This document shows positions 8,243 through 17,197 of a stretch of DNA of 44,834 nt, piece after piece. The DNA comes from a virus (lineage: Duplodnaviria > Caudoviricetes). The position numbers and the translations under genes were made by a program. The notes under the pieces were generated by a model. That model did not search any database. It was not told the origin of the DNA and saw only the letters and a list, made by a program, of their open reading frames with translations. The stretch covers positions 1 to 44,834 of IMG/VR virus record IMGVR_UViG_3300032234_001101; one strand, 5' to 3'. Position 1 is the first letter of the stretch. Every line of letters begins with the position of its first letter.

Positions 8243-9931
8243 ATGATTCTTCGCCCCCGCCAAGCCCTGCTTGTGCAGAGGACCCTCGCGGCCCTCGGCG
8301 AGCATGGCAATACCCTGGCCGTTGCGCCCACCGGTTCGGGCAAGACCATCATGCTGTCGGCCGTGGCCGGCAGCCTGTTGGCTGAACCCGATGCCAAGGC
8401 TTGCATCCTGGCCCATCGCACCGAATTAACAGGCCAGAACCGCAGCAAGTTCGAGCGCGTTAACCCGGGCCTCAAAACGTCGGTGTTCGACGCCAACGAG
8501 AAATCCTGGGATGGCAACGCCACCTTCGCTATGGTGCAGACCCTCTCGCGAAAGACGAATCTGGACCAGCTGCCCACCCTGGACCTGCTGGTCATCGATG
8601 AGGCGCACCATGCCGCTTCGCCCAGTTACCGGGAGGTGATTGACCAGGTGCTGGTCAAGAACCCGAAGGCGGCCATCTGCGGTCTGACTGCCACCCCGAA
8701 CCGGGGTGACGGCAAGGGCCTGCGCGAAGTGTTCAGCAACGTGGCTGACCAGATCACGCTGGGCGAGATGATCGCCAGCGGCCACCTGGTGCCGCCACGG
8801 ACCTATGTGATCGACGTTGGCACGCAAGAGGCGCTGCGCAAGGTGCGCCGCACTGCGATCGACTTCGACATGAACGAGGTTGCCAACATCCTCAACAAGA
8901 CGCTGGTCACCGAGTCGGTGATCAACAATTGGAAGGCCAAGGCACGCGACCGCAAGACCATCGTGTTCTGCTCGACCGTCGAGCACGCCACGGATGTGTG
9001 CTCCGCTTTCAATCGGGCAGGAATTGAGTCCGTCCTGATTCACGGCGAGTTGTCCGATGACGAGCGCAAGGAGCGTCTGACCGCCTATGAAAACGGCAGC
9101 ACCCAGGTCGTCGTCAACGTGGCCGTGCTGACCGAGGGATACGACTACACGCCCACCTCGTGCGTGGTACTGCTGCGCCCCAGCTCCTACAAGTCCACCT
9201 TCATTCAGATGGTGGGCCGTGGCCTGCGCACGGTCGATCCGCAGGAGTTTCCGGGCTTAGTCAAGACCGATTGCATCGTCCTGGACTTCGGCACGGCAAG
9301 TCTGATGCATGGCGCGCTGGAGCAGGAGGTCAACCTCGATGGCCATGACAACCTCGGCGATGCCCCCACCAAGGAATGCCCGGAGTGCGGTGCCACGGTA
9401 CCGATGGCCGTCATGGAGTGCCCGCTGTGCGGCCATGTCTGGGAAGAGCAGGACAACCCATCACGCGGGGTGCTCGATCACTTTGTGATGAGTGAGATCG
9501 ATCTGCTCAGCCGATCCAACTTCCGCTGGTGCGACCTCTTTGGCAGTGACGACGCGCTCATGGCCACCGGCTTCAATGCATGGGGTGGCATCTTCTTTCT
9601 CAACGGGCGCTGGCACGCCGTGGGCGGTGCCAAGGGGCACACCACGCAGCTGCTTGCCGTTGGCGAACGCACCGTCTGCATGGCCAAGGCCGATGACTGG
9701 CTCAACGAGCATGAGTCGGAGGACTCGGCGCACAAGACGCGGCGCTGGCTCAACGAGTCGCCCACGCCGAAGCAACTGCAGTACTTGCCGCCAGAACTGA
9801 GGGCCGACTTCGGCCTGACCCGCTACCAGGCCTCGGCACTGCTGTCGTTCCGCTTCAACCGCAATGCCATCGTGCGGCTGGTCAATGCGGCCAACGACGC
9901 CCACGCGCACCAAGTTCTGGAGGCTGCGTGA
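8243..9931 (+). CDS. SF2 DEAD/DEAH-box helicase with Zn ribbon (562 aa)
   Basis: APTGSGKT, DEAHH, TAT, QMVGRGLR, CPEC...CPLC. Confidence 0.93.
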   Translation: MILRPRQALLVQRTLAALGEHGNTLAVAPTGSGKTIMLSAVAGSLLAEPDAKACILAHRTELTGQNRSKFERVNPGLKTSVFDANEKSWDGNATFAMVQTLSRKTNLDQLPTLDLLVIDEAHHAASPSYREVIDQVLVKNPKAAICGLTATPNRGDGKGLREVFSNVADQITLGEMIASGHLVPPRTYVIDVGTQEALRKVRRTAIDFDMNEVANILNKTLVTESVINNWKAKARDRKTIVFCSTVEHATDVCSAFNRAGIESVLIHGELSDDERKERLTAYENGSTQVVVNVAVLTEGYDYTPTSCVVLLRPSSYKSTFIQMVGRGLRTVDPQEFPGLVKTDCIVLDFGTASLMHGALEQEVNLDGHDNLGDAPTKECPECGATVPMAVMECPLCGHVWEEQDNPSRGVLDHFVMSEIDLLSRSNFRWCDLFGSDDALMATGFNAWGGIFFLNGRWHAVGGAKGHTTQLLAVGERTVCMAKADDWLNEHESEDSAHKTRRWLNESPTPKQLQYLPPELRADFGLTRYQASALLSFRFNRNAIVRLVNAANDAHAHQVLEAA

Positions 9932-10347
9932 AATGTGCCGTCTGCCATCGCAAAGCCAAGGGGTACGGCTGGTTCAACCCGCGTGTGCCCCGCTCGGACC
10001 CATCCCGTCACAACGACAAGTGGGTGTTCTGCAGCCGTCCCTGTCAGGAGGCCTTCTCCAAGCTCATGAACAAAACGGAGGGCCAAATGATTGACCCCAG
10101 CGATATGGAAATCGCCGCCATGCAGTCCTGCCTCGGCCCTCTGGGGGAGTACGTCGGCTCCATCGGCATGCAGCGGCCACTGGCCGACTACAGCCGGGAC
10201 GAGGTGCTCATGCTCATTGATGTGGTCGTTACCCGGTACCAGGACAGCATGCTCGCGGAACACGAGCGCATGGCCGCTCGCGACCGGAAGTTTCTGGAAC
10301 AGCGCATCGCCATCCAAGCCGCAGGCCGGCAGCAAGGACGGTCGTGA
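9928..10347 (+). CDS. Zn-finger phage protein (DUF6511-like, 139 aa)
   Basis: CAVC...FCSRPCQ and GMQRPLADYSRDE. Coupled on both sides. Confidence 0.65.
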   Translation: MKCAVCHRKAKGYGWFNPRVPRSDPSRHNDKWVFCSRPCQEAFSKLMNKTEGQMIDPSDMEIAAMQSCLGPLGEYVGSIGMQRPLADYSRDEVLMLIDVVVTRYQDSMLAEHERMAARDRKFLEQRIAIQAAGRQQGRS

Positions 10348-11102
10348 TGCTGGACTTCAATCACCGTCCGAAATTTCATGAGCAGGTCGGTGCGCTCATC
10401 GATGACGCGCTGGCGCTGGAGCGCGATGGGCAGACGCCGCGCGACTATCTGGGCGCATCCCGGCTGGGTGTGGCGTGTGAACGCGCGCTGCAGTTTGAGT
10501 ACACCCGCACGCCGGTGGACCCGGGGCGCGATTTCTCCGGCCGCGTGCTGCGCATCTTCGAGGTGGGCCATGTACTGGAAGACCTGGCCATCCGCTGGTT
10601 GCGACTGATCGGCTTTGACCTCTACACCCGCAAGGCCCATGGCGGCCAGTTTGGCTTCTCCGTGGCCGGCGGCCGCATCAAGGGTCACGTCGACGGCATC
10701 CTGAACGATGGTCCCTCGGAGCTGGGCATGCGCTACCCGGCGCTATGGGAGTGCAAGACCATGAACGACAAGTCCTGGCGGGACACGGTCAAGAACGATG
10801 TGTCCAAGTCCAAGCCGGTCTATGCCGCGCAGATGGCTATCTACCAGGCCTACATGGAAGGCAGTATTCCCGGGATCTCGGAGAACCCGGCGCTGTTCAC
10901 GGCCATCAACAAGGACACCCAGGAAATCTGGTTCGAGTTGGTGCCTTTCGATGGCGGGCTTGCGCAGCGCATGTCCGACCGGGCGGTGCGCGTCATCAGC
11001 GCCACCGATGCGGGCGAGGTGCTGCCCCGTTTTTCGACTACGCCAACCCACCAGGAGTGCCGCTTCTGTTCATGGCAGGAACGCTGCTGGGGTGGGACCT
11101 GA
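10344..11102 (+). CDS. PD-(D/E)XK exonuclease, Cas4-like
   Basis: GASRLGVAC, GHVDG, WECKT, QMAIYQ and C-terminal CRFCSWQERC (four-Cys pattern). Start 10344 or 10347. Confidence 0.82.
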   Translation: MMLDFNHRPKFHEQVGALIDDALALERDGQTPRDYLGASRLGVACERALQFEYTRTPVDPGRDFSGRVLRIFEVGHVLEDLAIRWLRLIGFDLYTRKAHGGQFGFSVAGGRIKGHVDGILNDGPSELGMRYPALWECKTMNDKSWRDTVKNDVSKSKPVYAAQMAIYQAYMEGSIPGISENPALFTAINKDTQEIWFELVPFDGGLAQRMSDRAVRVISATDAGEVLPRFSTTPTHQECRFCSWQERCWGGT

Positions 11103-13291
11103 TGCACGAGTTCGGCTACTTTGACTTCAACGATGCAGCAGACAGGACCACCGGGGCAGTCGAGGACGTCGAGACCCTGCGCCAGGCGCTGATCGACAGG
11201 CTCGAGTCGGTCCTTCTGTTCCTGTTCCCCCAGGGGCGTATGCGTGGGGGCAAGTTCTATGTCGGTGACATCGACGGCTCTGCAGGCAAAAGTCTCGTGG
11301 TGGAGATGGAGGGATCGCGACGCGGCCTGTGGTTCGATTTCGCCACCGACATGGGCGGTGATGTATTCGATGCCTGGGCCATGTCGCGCAACCTGTCGGT
11401 CAGGACCGACTTTCCACGCATTCTGGATGAAGTGCGCCAGTGGTGTGGCGTGGCGCCGCCCATGGCCTCTAGCCCGAGGCGCGAGGCCCGGTCACAGTCG
11501 GTGGATGAACTGGGGCCGTACACGGCCACCTGGGACTATCAGACCTCTCTGGGCGAATTGATCGCCCGGGTGTACCGCTACGACCCCGAGCCTGGCCGTA
11601 AGGAGTTCAGGCCCTGGGATGTACGCGCCCGCATGTGGCGTGCGCCCGATCCGCGTCCGCTTTACAACCAGCCAGCCATGGCGACTGCTCGCCAGGTCGT
11701 GCTGGTGGAAGGTGAAAAGTGCGCCCAGGCCCTCATCGAGCAAGGCATCGTGGCCACCACCGCAATGAACGGCGCGCGAGCACCGATCGACAAAACCGAC
11801 TGGTCCCCTCTGCGTGGCAAAGACGTCGTGATCTGGCCGGACCGCGATCCGCCGGGCTGGGACTATGCCGAGGCAGCTGCCAAAGCATGTGTGGCTGTGG
11901 GCAGTCGTTCAGTGGTGATCGTCATCCCGCCCGAAGGCAAGCCGGATAAGTGGGATGCGGCCGATGCCATCGACGAGGGGTTCGACTGCAAGACATTCAT
12001 CGAGAGTAGCGAGCGCATCACGGTGAAGGCCAGCGCGGCTGTCCTGCCGGCTTTCACGATGGGCGAGATGCTCGACGACGACACACCGCTGCCGATAGAC
12101 CTGGTGTCAGGCCGGATCATCACGACCGGCGGCATCGCGATCTTTGGCGGGGCGCCCAAGGTGGGCAAGAGCGACTTTCTTCTTTCGTGGCTGGCGCACA
12201 TGGCAGCCGGCCTGCCGTTCCTGGACATGGTCCCAGCACGCCCTTTGAAGGTCTTCTACCTCCAGGCCGAGGTGCAGTACCCATACCTCAAGGAGCGGAT
12301 GAAAGCCATTCGTCTGCCTAAAGATGCGCTCAGGCTCGCCCGGCGCAATCTGGTGGTGACGCCTCAGCTGCACCTCATCCTCGACGAGGACGGGCTGGAG
12401 AAGTTGATCCAAACCATCAGCGCGCAATTCGGTGGCGAGCCGCCAGACATCATCGCCATCGACCCGATCCGCAACGTGTTCGACGGTGGCGGCTCCGGTG
12501 GTGAGAACGACAACGACGCGATGATGTTTTTCCTCACGCGCCGGGTGGCCAGGCTGCAGCAGCGGGTCAATCTGGACTCGGGCGTGTTGCTGGTCCATCA
12601 CACAAAGAAGATGACCAAGCGCCAGTTCGAGGAAGACCCGTTCCAGGCCTTCGCGGGTGCCAGCAGCCTGCGCAGTTTCTATACCTCCGCAATGCTGCTG
12701 CACCGGCCAGACGAGTTGTCCACGGTGCGGCAGTTGTATTTCGAGCTGCGCAACGGTCCAGGCCTTGCCCCCCGGTACGTCGACAAGGTCGATGGCCAGT
12801 GGACCGTCGTCAATGACAGCGAACGTCTGGTCAACAAGGATTACGGGAAGCGGCTCGATGCCGAGCGACGGCGCAAGACCGACGTGATCCTTCAGATCCT
12901 CTTTGATGAGGGCCTGAAGGGTAATTTCTACACCGCCAATCAGTTCGCCGAAGCCTTCGAGAGCAAGGCGGGCCTTGGCGGCGAGCGCTCGATCCGCGAG
13001 CGCCTGTCGGCCCTGGCCACGCAGGGCTACATCAAGTATTTCCGCAACGCTGCGGACTACGGGCTGCCGCCATTTGGCCGCTCCAAGTTTGGCTACATGT
13101 GCGTCGAGGGCATGGTCCACAACCGGCCCAAGGGCGAGCCCGATCCGGACACCGGTGAGGTGCCCGTGGCGTCCCTGTGCGTGCTGCCCACCCACTACAA
13201 GTGCCCGCTTTCCGGGGCGGCGATGCCCGTCGAAAACCCGGAGGTGTGGGTCTATCCCGAAAACAGCAACGACCCACAGGAGTCCGAATGA
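11102..13291 (+). CDS. Primase-helicase (Toprim plus RepA/AAA_25), 729 aa
   Basis: Toprim VEGEKCA, WPDRD, WDAAD. Walker A GAPKVGKS, IAIDP, LVHHTKK, AGASSL. Start at ATG 11102 overlapping the upstream stop. Confidence 0.9.
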   Translation: MHEFGYFDFNDAADRTTGAVEDVETLRQALIDRLESVLLFLFPQGRMRGGKFYVGDIDGSAGKSLVVEMEGSRRGLWFDFATDMGGDVFDAWAMSRNLSVRTDFPRILDEVRQWCGVAPPMASSPRREARSQSVDELGPYTATWDYQTSLGELIARVYRYDPEPGRKEFRPWDVRARMWRAPDPRPLYNQPAMATARQVVLVEGEKCAQALIEQGIVATTAMNGARAPIDKTDWSPLRGKDVVIWPDRDPPGWDYAEAAAKACVAVGSRSVVIVIPPEGKPDKWDAADAIDEGFDCKTFIESSERITVKASAAVLPAFTMGEMLDDDTPLPIDLVSGRIITTGGIAIFGGAPKVGKSDFLLSWLAHMAAGLPFLDMVPARPLKVFYLQAEVQYPYLKERMKAIRLPKDALRLARRNLVVTPQLHLILDEDGLEKLIQTISAQFGGEPPDIIAIDPIRNVFDGGGSGGENDNDAMMFFLTRRVARLQQRVNLDSGVLLVHHTKKMTKRQFEEDPFQAFAGASSLRSFYTSAMLLHRPDELSTVRQLYFELRNGPGLAPRYVDKVDGQWTVVNDSERLVNKDYGKRLDAERRRKTDVILQILFDEGLKGNFYTANQFAEAFESKAGLGGERSIRERLSALATQGYIKYFRNAADYGLPPFGRSKFGYMCVEGMVHNRPKGEPDPDTGEVPVASLCVLPTHYKCPLSGAAMPVENPEVWVYPENSNDPQESE

Positions 13292-14202
13292 ACACGATTT
13301 GCCAAGATAGAGACATCACGGCCGGCGTCTTTATACGCGCTGGCATTGACCCGCACGGGCACGCTTTGGCCCGCACGCGACGGGCATTGGACAAAGCCCG
13401 TAATGGTCCGCATCGGTGCGATCGCGCACACATTGGCGCGCAGCAGCAAGTTGGCAAAAACACCCCTGGAAGTTGGCAAACTTTTGCCAACTGGATTCAG
13501 TTGGCAGACCGTTTCCAACTTGATTCCGTTGTAAATCAACAAGTTACGTCGAAGTTGGCAAGATGGCAGGAAGGCAGATCTGCCAACTTGCCAACTGAGC
13601 TAACTCATTGTTTTTGTTCAGTTTCTACCCTTGACCCAGTTGTCGGAGACTCCCCCTCCTACTACGTAGGAGAGGGGGCTAATGCCCACTCTCCGTTACG
13701 TAGGGGAGATGCCTGCCCGGTCGATCCGGTGCCTGCATCGCGCACCGTGGTCATGGCCATCGACCTGGGCACCACGACCGGCTGGGCCATGCGAACGATT
13801 GATGGTCAGATCGAGCATGGCTTCGCGAGCTTCCGGCCCAGCCGCTATGAGGGCGGTGGCATGCGCTACCTGCGCTTCAAGCGGTGGCTCTCCGACATGC
13901 GCCACCTGGCCACCGACATCCACGCCGTGTACTTCGAGGAAGTGCGTCGCCATGCAGGGGTGGACGCAGCCCACGTCTACGGCGGCCTGATGGCCACGCT
14001 CACCGCTTGGTGTGAGCACCACAACCTGCCGTACCAGGGTGTGCCGGTGGGCACGATCAAAAAGCACGCCACCGGCAAAGGCAACGCCAGCAAGGACGAG
14101 GTCATCCAGTCCATGCGGGCACTGGGCCACCCGGTGACCGATGACAACGAAGCGGATGCCCTGGCGCTGTTGCACTGGGCTTTGGACACACAGGAGGGAT
14201 GA
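13288..14202 (+). CDS. RuvC-like Holliday junction resolvase with long N-terminal extension (nuclease domain from about 13747)
   Basis: MAIDLGTTTGWA, VYFEEV, IKKHATGKGNASK, DNEADALAL. Start uncertain: 13288 has an AGGAG RBS and ATGA coupling, 13753 is the minimal start. Confidence 0.8.
   Translation: MNTICQDRDITAGVFIRAGIDPHGHALARTRRALDKARNGPHRCDRAHIGAQQQVGKNTPGSWQTFANWIQLADRFQLDSVVNQQVTSKLARWQEGRSANLPTELTHCFCSVSTLDPVVGDSPSYYVGEGANAHSPLRRGDACPVDPVPASRTVVMAIDLGTTTGWAMRTIDGQIEHGFASFRPSRYEGGGMRYLRFKRWLSDMRHLATDIHAVYFEEVRRHAGVDAAHVYGGLMATLTAWCEHHNLPYQGVPVGTIKKHATGKGNASKDEVIQSMRALGHPVTDDNEADALALLHWALDTQEG
13448..13596. repeat. Iteron-like AGTTGGCA cluster, putative replication origin
   Basis: AGTTGGCA at 13449, 13471, 13499, 13553. 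TGCCAACT at 13485, 13581, 13589. Perfect IR AGTTGGCAAA-CT-TTTGCCAACT at 13471-13492. AT-richer flanks, directly after the primase-helicase. Confidence 0.75.
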
Positions 14203-14597
14203 ACATGGTTGCAGCAACACTCGAATGGACGACGGACGACGTCGCCAACTGGCTGATCGAAGCGGCGCGCACGGCGCATCGCCTGCCACCGGTCAGGGTG
14301 CAAGGCCACTTCAACTGCTGGCCCACCATCGTGCGATCGGAGTACGAACGCATGGCCAGCGACGATGCGCCGGTCTACCGCTACCCACCCACGCCCGCCG
14401 AGGTCGAACGCATGCTCGTGGTCATGCAGTGGGTGCAGTGCCTGCGTACCGATCAGCGCAAGCTGGTGTGGATGCGGGCTGAGCGGTGGCGCTGGTATGA
14501 CATCGGCAAACGCTTCGGTGTGGCACCCCGGACCGCGCAGCGCCACTGGGAAGTCGCAATCCAGGTCATCACCGACCATCTTTCGCAGGGAGGTTGA
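14199..14597 (+). CDS. HTH protein (DUF6362-like), probable late-gene regulator
   Basis: Sigma region-4-like C-terminus (RKLVWMRAERWRWYDIGKRFGVAPRTAQRHW). Last gene before the late region. Confidence 0.7.
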   Translation: MNMVAATLEWTTDDVANWLIEAARTAHRLPPVRVQGHFNCWPTIVRSEYERMASDDAPVYRYPPTPAEVERMLVVMQWVQCLRTDQRKLVWMRAERWRWYDIGKRFGVAPRTAQRHWEVAIQVITDHLSQGG

Positions 14598-14748
14598 CAG
14601 ACGTTTCGGGGTGCAGCGAAGCCGTGCCTACCAATGCGGACAGATGCGAAAGATACGCGATTTTGAGGGTGTCGCGTTTTGCCTGGATTCACGATAAATT
14701 CTGTCTACGGTCGCGAGAGATACGTCTCCGATCACACAATCACACGAG

Positions 14749-14788
14749 CCCGCCCGGTAGCCCATGAGGCAATACCCGGCGGGTTTTT
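14749..14788 (+). terminator. Terminator-like hairpin ahead of the methyltransferase
   Basis: CCCGCCCGGTA...TACCCGGCGGG followed by TTTTT. Confidence 0.55.
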
Positions 14789-14802
14789 CAATTCTGGGTC
14801 TC

Positions 14803-16047
14803 ATGCATTCAATCCACATCGAATACCGCCAGGTCGACGCGCTGATCCCCTACGCCCGCAATGCCAAGCAGCATTCGGAGGCACAGGTGGCCCAGATCGC
14901 GGCCAGCATTCGTGAGTTCGGATGGGGCGCACCAATCCTGATCGATGGTCAGAACAACGTGATTGCAGGTCACGGTCGATTGCTGGCAGCACGCAAGCTC
15001 GGTCTGCCCGAGGTCCCCGTCGTGCCCCTGGACCACTTGTCCGACACCCAGCGTCGCGCCCTGATCCTGGCCGATAACAAGATCGGCGAGAACGCATCCT
15101 GGGAAGACGAACTGCTGGGCATTGAGTTGGCTGACTTGAAGGACGCTGGCTTCGATCTTGGGCTGACCGGCTTCTCGCAAGAGGAGTGGGAGGCCCTGAT
15201 CGCCGGGGAGGAAGCCACCAAGGATGGCCTGACCGATGAGGATGCTGTGCCCGAGGTCAGTGAAACGCCCATCTCCAAGACGGGGGATGTCTGGATCCTC
15301 GGTGAGCACAAGCTGCTATGTGGCGATGCCACCAAGGCCGATGACTTCAAGGACCTGTTGGGTGATGAGCTGGTGGACATGACCTTCACCGATCCACCCT
15401 ACAACGTGAACTACGCCAACACGGCCAAGGACAAGATGCGTGGCAAGAACCGCCCCATCATGAACGACAACCTGGGCGACGGTTTCGGCAGCTTCCTGAC
15501 GGACGCCTGTACCAACATCCTCACCCACACCAAGGGTGCGGTCTACATCGCCATGAGTTCGTCGGAGCTGGACACGCTGCAGTCGGCATTCCGTGCAGCA
15601 GGTGGTCGCTGGTCCACGTTCATCATCTGGGCCAAGAACACCTTCACGCTCGGCCGTGCCGACTACCAACGCCAGTACGAGCCCATCCTGTACGGCTGGC
15701 GCGACGGTGCCGATCACTTCTGGTGCGGTGCACGTGACCAGGGCGATGTCTGGAACGTCAAGAAGCCACAGAAGAACGATCTGCATCCGACCATGAAACC
15801 GGTGGAGTTGGTCGAGCGAGCGATCCGCAACAGCAGCAAGACCCGGGACCTGGTGCTGGATCCCTTTGGCGGCTCGGGCTCCACGTTGATCGCTTGCGAA
15901 AAATCAGGACGCCGTGCCCGGCTCATCGAACTTGATCCAAAGTACGTCGACGTGATCGTCAAGCGTTGGGAGGAGTTCACCGGGAAAAAGGCAGTGCGGG
16001 TCGGTGACCAGGTGCCGGAGCAGGAACCCGCTCTGAAGCCTGTTTAA
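14803..16047 (+). CDS. ParB-N domain fused to N4/N6 DNA methyltransferase (beta class), 414 aa
   Basis: ParB-like LIPYARNAK...IAGHGRL...ADNK, then DPPY, HPTMKP, DPFGGSGST. Confidence 0.92.
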   Translation: MHSIHIEYRQVDALIPYARNAKQHSEAQVAQIAASIREFGWGAPILIDGQNNVIAGHGRLLAARKLGLPEVPVVPLDHLSDTQRRALILADNKIGENASWEDELLGIELADLKDAGFDLGLTGFSQEEWEALIAGEEATKDGLTDEDAVPEVSETPISKTGDVWILGEHKLLCGDATKADDFKDLLGDELVDMTFTDPPYNVNYANTAKDKMRGKNRPIMNDNLGDGFGSFLTDACTNILTHTKGAVYIAMSSSELDTLQSAFRAAGGRWSTFIIWAKNTFTLGRADYQRQYEPILYGWRDGADHFWCGARDQGDVWNVKKPQKNDLHPTMKPVELVERAIRNSSKTRDLVLDPFGGSGSTLIACEKSGRRARLIELDPKYVDVIVKRWEEFTGKKAVRVGDQVPEQEPALKPV

Positions 16048-16403
16048 CCCAGCCTAGCCACGTACCTCGGATAGTCCCCGCCAGACGGGTCGATAAACAG
16101 GTAGGGCCGACCAGGCGCGTGGATTTCCACGCACAGCCGGCCCTGCATGAAGTAGCCACCCTTGCCTTTGAGCCAGTCGCGCGACTTGGAGAGGTTCTTG
16201 GCGAAGCCATCGAATTCCTCCGGTTCCATTTCCCGGGTCTCGGTGACATAGACCACGTAATCACCCGTGGCGGCGATGTCGGTGATGTCAGCGGGTTTGC
16301 GTCCAAAGGGCAGTCGGATGCTCAACTCTTCAACCTGCATCTCTTGGCCATCAAACGTTATGGTCAGAGGCTTGCGATCGATTGTGATGGTCATTGTTTT
16401 CAT
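16044..16403 (-). CDS. Hypothetical protein (119 aa)
   Basis: Last gene of the antisense cluster. Ends IDPSGGDYPRYVA. Converges on the methyltransferase stop. Confidence 0.7.
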   Translation of the reverse strand: MKTMTITIDRKPLTITFDGQEMQVEELSIRLPFGRKPADITDIAATGDYVVYVTETREMEPEEFDGFAKNLSKSRDWLKGKGGYFMQGRLCVEIHAPGRPYLFIDPSGGDYPRYVARLG

Positions 16404-16417
16404 GGCTTGGCTCTTTG

Positions 16418-16897
16418 TCAGGCGACGCGGTAAACCCGCTGTCCACCAGCCTCCTTCGTCGAGGTGATCTCCAGGCCGAGCTTCTTCTTGAAGGCGCCGG
16501 TAAACGTTCCCCGGACCGTGTGGGCTTGCCACTGTGTGGCCTCGCAAATCTGTTCGATCGTGGCGCCCTCGGGACGCTTGAGCATCGCGATCACCTGCGC
16601 CTGCTTGCTGTTGTCCCGTGTCCGAGGTTTCGCAGCCGTCGCGGCCTCGATGACCTCGTCGATGGCCTGGGCGCTCACAGGCGCCTTGCGTGGCACACCC
16701 AAGGCCTCGTAGCCCTTAGCGGCCACGAACCAGTCCTTGCCGTCGTAGGTGATCAGGGCGCGCTTGAACAGGCCAGCGATCACTTTCTGGCGCGCACCGC
16801 CTTTGATGTTCTCAGGGAACCAGGCGATCTTGCCCTCGGTCTGCTGATGGGCATGGGCCAGGATGGCTTGCTGGGCGGGAGTGAGTTGGATGGTCAT
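16418..16897 (-). CDS. DUF3489-like wHTH protein (159 aa)
   Basis: SKQAQVIAMLKRPEGATIEQICEATQWQAHTVRG...RVYRV. GGAG RBS. Confidence 0.85.
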   Translation of the reverse strand: MTIQLTPAQQAILAHAHQQTEGKIAWFPENIKGGARQKVIAGLFKRALITYDGKDWFVAAKGYEALGVPRKAPVSAQAIDEVIEAATAAKPRTRDNSKQAQVIAMLKRPEGATIEQICEATQWQAHTVRGTFTGAFKKKLGLEITSTKEAGGQRVYRVA

Positions 16898-16909
16898 GGT
16901 GTGCTCCGA

Positions 16910-17080
16910 TCAGGATTGGGTGTGAATGGGTGTGATGTTGGTTTCTGCGGCCTTGACGGCCCAGACGCTGACGTCGTGAAAGTCGAGCCGGTCGCTGCTC
17001 TGGGTTTCCAGGGTGTCGATGAACAGGTGCTGCTGGGCGATCTGCTCGAGCAGCTGGTTGAGCTTCGTGTTGGACTTCAT
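16910..17080 (-). CDS. DUF6900-like small protein, possibly C-terminally truncated (56 aa)
   Basis: IAQQHLFIDTLETQSSDRLDFHDVSVWAVKAA. AAGGA RBS. Confidence 0.7.
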   Translation of the reverse strand: MKSNTKLNQLLEQIAQQHLFIDTLETQSSDRLDFHDVSVWAVKAAETNITPIHTQS

Positions 17081-17111
17081 TCGGTGATTCCTTTGGTTGG
17101 TTGATGGTGTT

Positions 17112-17144
17112 CGTATGAACGCTCTGTTCACAGAGGAAGCCAAG
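17112..17144 (-). promoter_or_regulatory. Conserved promoter-like element copy 2
   Basis: CTTGGCT-N11-CAGAGCGTTCATACG, ending 32 bp upstream of ATG 17080. Blocks identical to 2311-2343. Confidence 0.7.
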
Positions 17145-17197
17145 CGGAATCTCCGAAGCCGTTGCTTCTTTCTTGAATCAGTTGGAAACCTCGCGAA

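Noticed and set aside
10745-11101. Extended N-terminus of the primase ORF (similar over-extensions at 1859, 2488, 2617, 7394, 43717)
   Set aside because: They overlap neighbouring genes or promoters. Downstream starts with RBS or stop-start coupling are better supported.
10344-11102. CRISPR-Cas (Cas4-like gene)
   Set aside because: No repeat-spacer array or other cas genes. Stand-alone Cas4-like nucleases are normal in phage recombination modules.
13448-13596. Mini-CRISPR array
   Set aside because: The repeats are only 8-11 bp, occur in both orientations and are irregularly spaced, which fits iterons better.
17116-17130. Second repressor operator (TGAAC-N5-GTTCA)
   Set aside because: The spacer is 5 rather than 4 bp and the palindrome is not kept in the sister element at 2311, so it is probably coincidental.
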